The position numbers were made by a program, and so were the translations under genes. Below are positions 36,701 to 38,729 of a stretch of 38,729 bases of DNA, in pieces. The stretch comes from a virus (taxonomy: Duplodnaviria > Caudoviricetes): positions 1 through 38,729 of the IMG/VR virus record IMGVR_UViG_3300046786_000184; one strand, written 5' to 3'. Below the pieces are notes generated by a model. It had not been told where the DNA came from. It searched no databases and saw only the letters and a program-made list of their open reading frames with translations. The stretch's first letter is position 1. Every line of letters begins with the position of its first letter.

Positions 36701-38729
36701 CGGGCAAGCCACGACCAATGAAACAGATACTGGCAATAGCCCTGTCGAAGGCCAGAGGAAAGTAACCGCCAGAACGGCAATCAACAGACCTGGTATATTG
36801 TCTTCATTTGGAGGACAGAAGTTTGATAAGCCTTTAGAAGGAGACACATATGTCGAAGGTCAGCGTGTGATGTTTGAAGAGAAAGGAACTGGTAGAGTTT
36901 ACGATCTTGGAAACGTCAACGAGATGATGGACAATGAGATCGAGGGACTAACACAGGTAGAGGAATCTGTAGTTGTTCAGCCAGACGGGAAACTATCTGT
37001 AGATGGTAACAACTGGAACATTCAGACTGATCTTCCAACCATGGGTATTGAATACAACCCTGCTGGCGAAGTAACACGTGTATCATTAAAGGATGACAAC
37101 GGAAATACAACCATGTTTGACGGTCAGAAGGCCGTTGATATTGCATATCAAATAGAGTTGCAAAAGATTCAATCTCCAGAGCAACAACAACTTATTAACG
37201 ATTTATTAGAACAAGATGAAGAATTCAAAGCAGCCACAGCAGACATCGAACTTACAGAAGCTCCAAATGTTGTCCAAGAAGAAGCAGCTCCAAATATTGA
37301 ACCGACTGTTGAACAAACAGAAGGAACAGGGGTAAAGTATGTAACAAAAACAGCTGAATATTCAGATGCTCTTACAGAAGCTAAGAGACAGATGAGGGAA
37401 GACGGAAGTGGTCTAGATATGCAAGTGTCTGATGTATCCAAAGAAGAGGCAGATAAAATTGTAAAAGATGGAGGCCACATCTTTATGACCAAAGATGGGT
37501 TAGCTGGAGCATATGTTACAGCTGATGGATATATGGGTGGACTTTTCAAAAACCCTAAATCAAAAATGAAAGAGGTAGCTAAGCTACTTCAGCAAATGAG
37601 GATTAAGGTTGGTGGTAAGTTTATGGATGCATATGCTACTGAATTAGAAAACATATACATCAAGAATGGATTCCGCCCAGTTGCACGTATTAAGTTTAAT
37701 CCAGAGTACGCACCAGAAGGGTGGGATGCCCCAGGATCCCCATTGGCTAGTCAGCCAGACGTTGTGTTCTTTGCGTATGACCCAGAGGGTAAATATAAGA
37801 AGGGTGACGGTCAGTATGTAGAGGACTACGACACTGCATATAACATGGCAAAAGACTTTGATCCAAATGCAGTTAAAGAGGCAGAACGACTTGCAGCAAT
37901 TATCGATAAAAAAGCTGCTGTATCTAAGGGTGTTATATCAAAAGAAGAAATATCTAAGCGTGTTAGTCTAGCTCAGAAGGCTTTGAGTGTAATTCTTCCA
38001 AACGTAAGGTTTGTGATTCATGACACTGATGAGGCATACCGAAAGGCAGCTGGTGAAGTAAAAGACGAAGATTCATCTGCTGGTACGTATGATTATGTAA
38101 ATAAGATAATACATATCAATGGAACAAAGGCGAACAAAAGAACTGTAAGCCACGAGGTATTCCATGCGATCATTATTTCTAAGTGTGCTTCAGACAAGCA
38201 GCTACAGAAGTTGACAGCTAACATGGTAAATTCTGTACTCAAGTCTTTAAAACAGACTGGTACAAATAAAGATGTTATTGAATATCTTGAAGATTTTGCT
38301 GCAAGATATAAAAACGATCCAAGTGTAATGAATGAAGAGCGTCTTGCTGAGTTACACGGTATACTTGGTGAGAACATGATCGAGCTTCCTATACCTACTC
38401 AGAACATAATCAAACGATTCTTGGATCGACTTGCAAAGATGTTTGGTCTTAAGGAGATGACTGACCGTGAGGCGGTAGAGTTCATGAACACTATGTCTTC
38501 TAAGGTTGAGACTGGTAAGGAGATTACTGCTAAGGAGTTTAAAGCAAGTAAAGGTACAATAAAAGATGCAATAAATAGATTTCAAGCCAACTTTAAAGAT
38601 GAAGTATCTGGGCTTGAATTTGTCTATGATGAAAATGGAAAAGATTTTTCTGATCTAGAAAATGATGGATTTATAACAAAAAATAAATCTATTGTAGATT
38701 TTAATGGTAAATATGTTTTCTTTCATCAA
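33783..38729 (+). CDS. Giant ejection / polyvalent protein, 3-prime truncated (at least 1649 aa)
   Basis: Absent from track, consistent with no stop in window; same frame open in all segments I translated; N-terminal YLK.NGLTDL repeat x2, GNAT-like domain about 37330-37850, zincin HEVFH at 38151-38165. Confidence 0.85.
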   Translation, partial: MNDKQKELYSYLKSNGLTDLSGDKFFSAYSDPSKSKEIHAYLKQNGLTDLDANAFHVAYFSPVKKKSTTGSQSVQPKKSTSSATMPSWMQSSLEQSSKKEQPTNKQIEQQRQGVYIEKTEAKAPEVKMGISGISIDPLSKQQKSINASVGSKVYSGFPGQEDNKYRVKDNRWQRLYGTKWVDVTNEGSVSSLNNYFEKNLKTFKGEVGEEKQDLKRMRSVLRVEEEIAAGKEYNEKQFEERVQYYNTIETQKYLKSKGYDIDVNGIKNDPKTLKALASSEAKKKIDQGKDFEIEDMRDAVDGIITNKFLMRTEEDAVSTLRKQFGKYGFIFEESGMGTDYVKVTTPGGVEKEFGFDYSNPEIARAEAANMSNFIKKGYMTKSEKKQFEGEDVDMNDRNQRDEYFFDLVNLMGKNPYKYSTNLFSYEEMNNGISRIYSNLKDESKSLEYEYEDIQKRIEEYNANPDDIKEKIAIDKDLYALKKKGLDIKEKYDKLNGTEKNLQKITGIEFAEKEKEGNFLGIITGQFAQGFTNIEKAVLNLSADILPYAIGEDVVDPQTRQKLKDEGYTDNQILDYASKQLKRTVVKDITEGITRAATAGSTTKEYINSEDRNDLEKTVSFLSESIGTSLSAGGNPTLQKVAFFTQSYNGMEEQMSSPEFDGMTEWEKKLVSVPYGFVIGALERYGFAALGAGKNPVVDRFARNVIASTLKELPKDASINTIKREINKSVSRMVGQGVLRVVGGALVEGGTEGTQQLAEIAEKNIVNAVTEKDYFKDVPDITTAKGIGEALNIAKEDAYYGFLGGLLYSTVSNSLEVRREHKFNKKTDEEFKLFYEAMTDAKTVQSNKLQVKLELKDGKITKEQAQDRINSINDMNAKLKSINSNLSLRDKKDAFNLILEREKLTKEKAPLDEALQAPYNDRITEINNELKVISENAIKESEQQQQEVTAEGGGVQREGVVEGQSEVGQGEGTVGQATTNETDTGNSPVEGQRKVTARTAINRPGILSSFGGQKFDKPLEGDTYVEGQRVMFEEKGTGRVYDLGNVNEMMDNEIEGLTQVEESVVVQPDGKLSVDGNNWNIQTDLPTMGIEYNPAGEVTRVSLKDDNGNTTMFDGQKAVDIAYQIELQKIQSPEQQQLINDLLEQDEEFKAATADIELTEAPNVVQEEAAPNIEPTVEQTEGTGVKYVTKTAEYSDALTEAKRQMREDGSGLDMQVSDVSKEEADKIVKDGGHIFMTKDGLAGAYVTADGYMGGLFKNPKSKMKEVAKLLQQMRIKVGGKFMDAYATELENIYIKNGFRPVARIKFNPEYAPEGWDAPGSPLASQPDVVFFAYDPEGKYKKGDGQYVEDYDTAYNMAKDFDPNAVKEAERLAAIIDKKAAVSKGVISKEEISKRVSLAQKALSVILPNVRFVIHDTDEAYRKAAGEVKDEDSSAGTYDYVNKIIHINGTKANKRTVSHEVFHAIIISKCASDKQLQKLTANMVNSVLKSLKQTGTNKDVIEYLEDFAARYKNDPSVMNEERLAELHGILGENMIELPIPTQNIIKRFLDRLAKMFGLKEMTDREAVEFMNTMSSKVETGKEITAKEFKASKGTIKDAINRFQANFKDEVSGLEFVYDENGKDFSDLENDGFITKNKSIVDFNGKYVFFHQ
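36586..36765 (+). CDS. 59-aa basic protein nested in the +1 frame of the giant gene
   Basis: MPLKKASSSNKKSQQKAVAYNVKELLKDNQKSGKAKGQSGKPRPMKQILAIALSKARGK; fits the recalled phage family pattern MPLKK...N..EL...GKP...Q..AIALSKA; A-rich start context. Confidence 0.7.
   Translation: MPLKKASSSNKKSQQKAVAYNVKELLKDNQKSGKAKGQSGKPRPMKQILAIALSKARGK

Noticed and set aside
1-38729. Prophage, tRNA or rRNA features
   Set aside because: No integrase, host genes or tRNA-like cloverleaf seen; intergenic gaps are short

Overview
Virion-morphogenesis and lysis arm of a tailed dsDNA phage, probably a short-tailed (podovirus-like) phage of Bacteroidota/Flavobacteriia. The host inference rests on 12 intergenic TAnnTTTG promoter boxes, A-rich starts without Shine-Dalgarno sites and a BACON-like domain. 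Every credible gene but one is on the + strand. Order: repeat-rich non-coding end, small basic proteins, GroEL plus GroES, fibre and lectin-like genes, a lone antisense winged-helix regulator, lysis cassette (holin-like, u-spanin-like, M15 endolysin), a secreted-protein moron, tandem-domain GroES-like protein, terminase, portal, Dps-like protein, scaffold, major capsid protein, ring/adaptor proteins, tail muzzle, and ejection proteins, ending in a truncated polyvalent protein of at least 1649 aa. Best candidate for a new system: a mucin-like (poly-Thr, Cys-rich) tail protein coupled to a GT-A glycosyltransferase resembling plant peptidyl O-glycosyltransferases, suggesting phage-encoded virion O-glycosylation. 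Also notable: a 59-aa gene nested in the +1 frame of the giant protein, a multi-component chaperonin set, and five apparently leaderless genes. All family calls come from motif recognition by eye; no searches were run.
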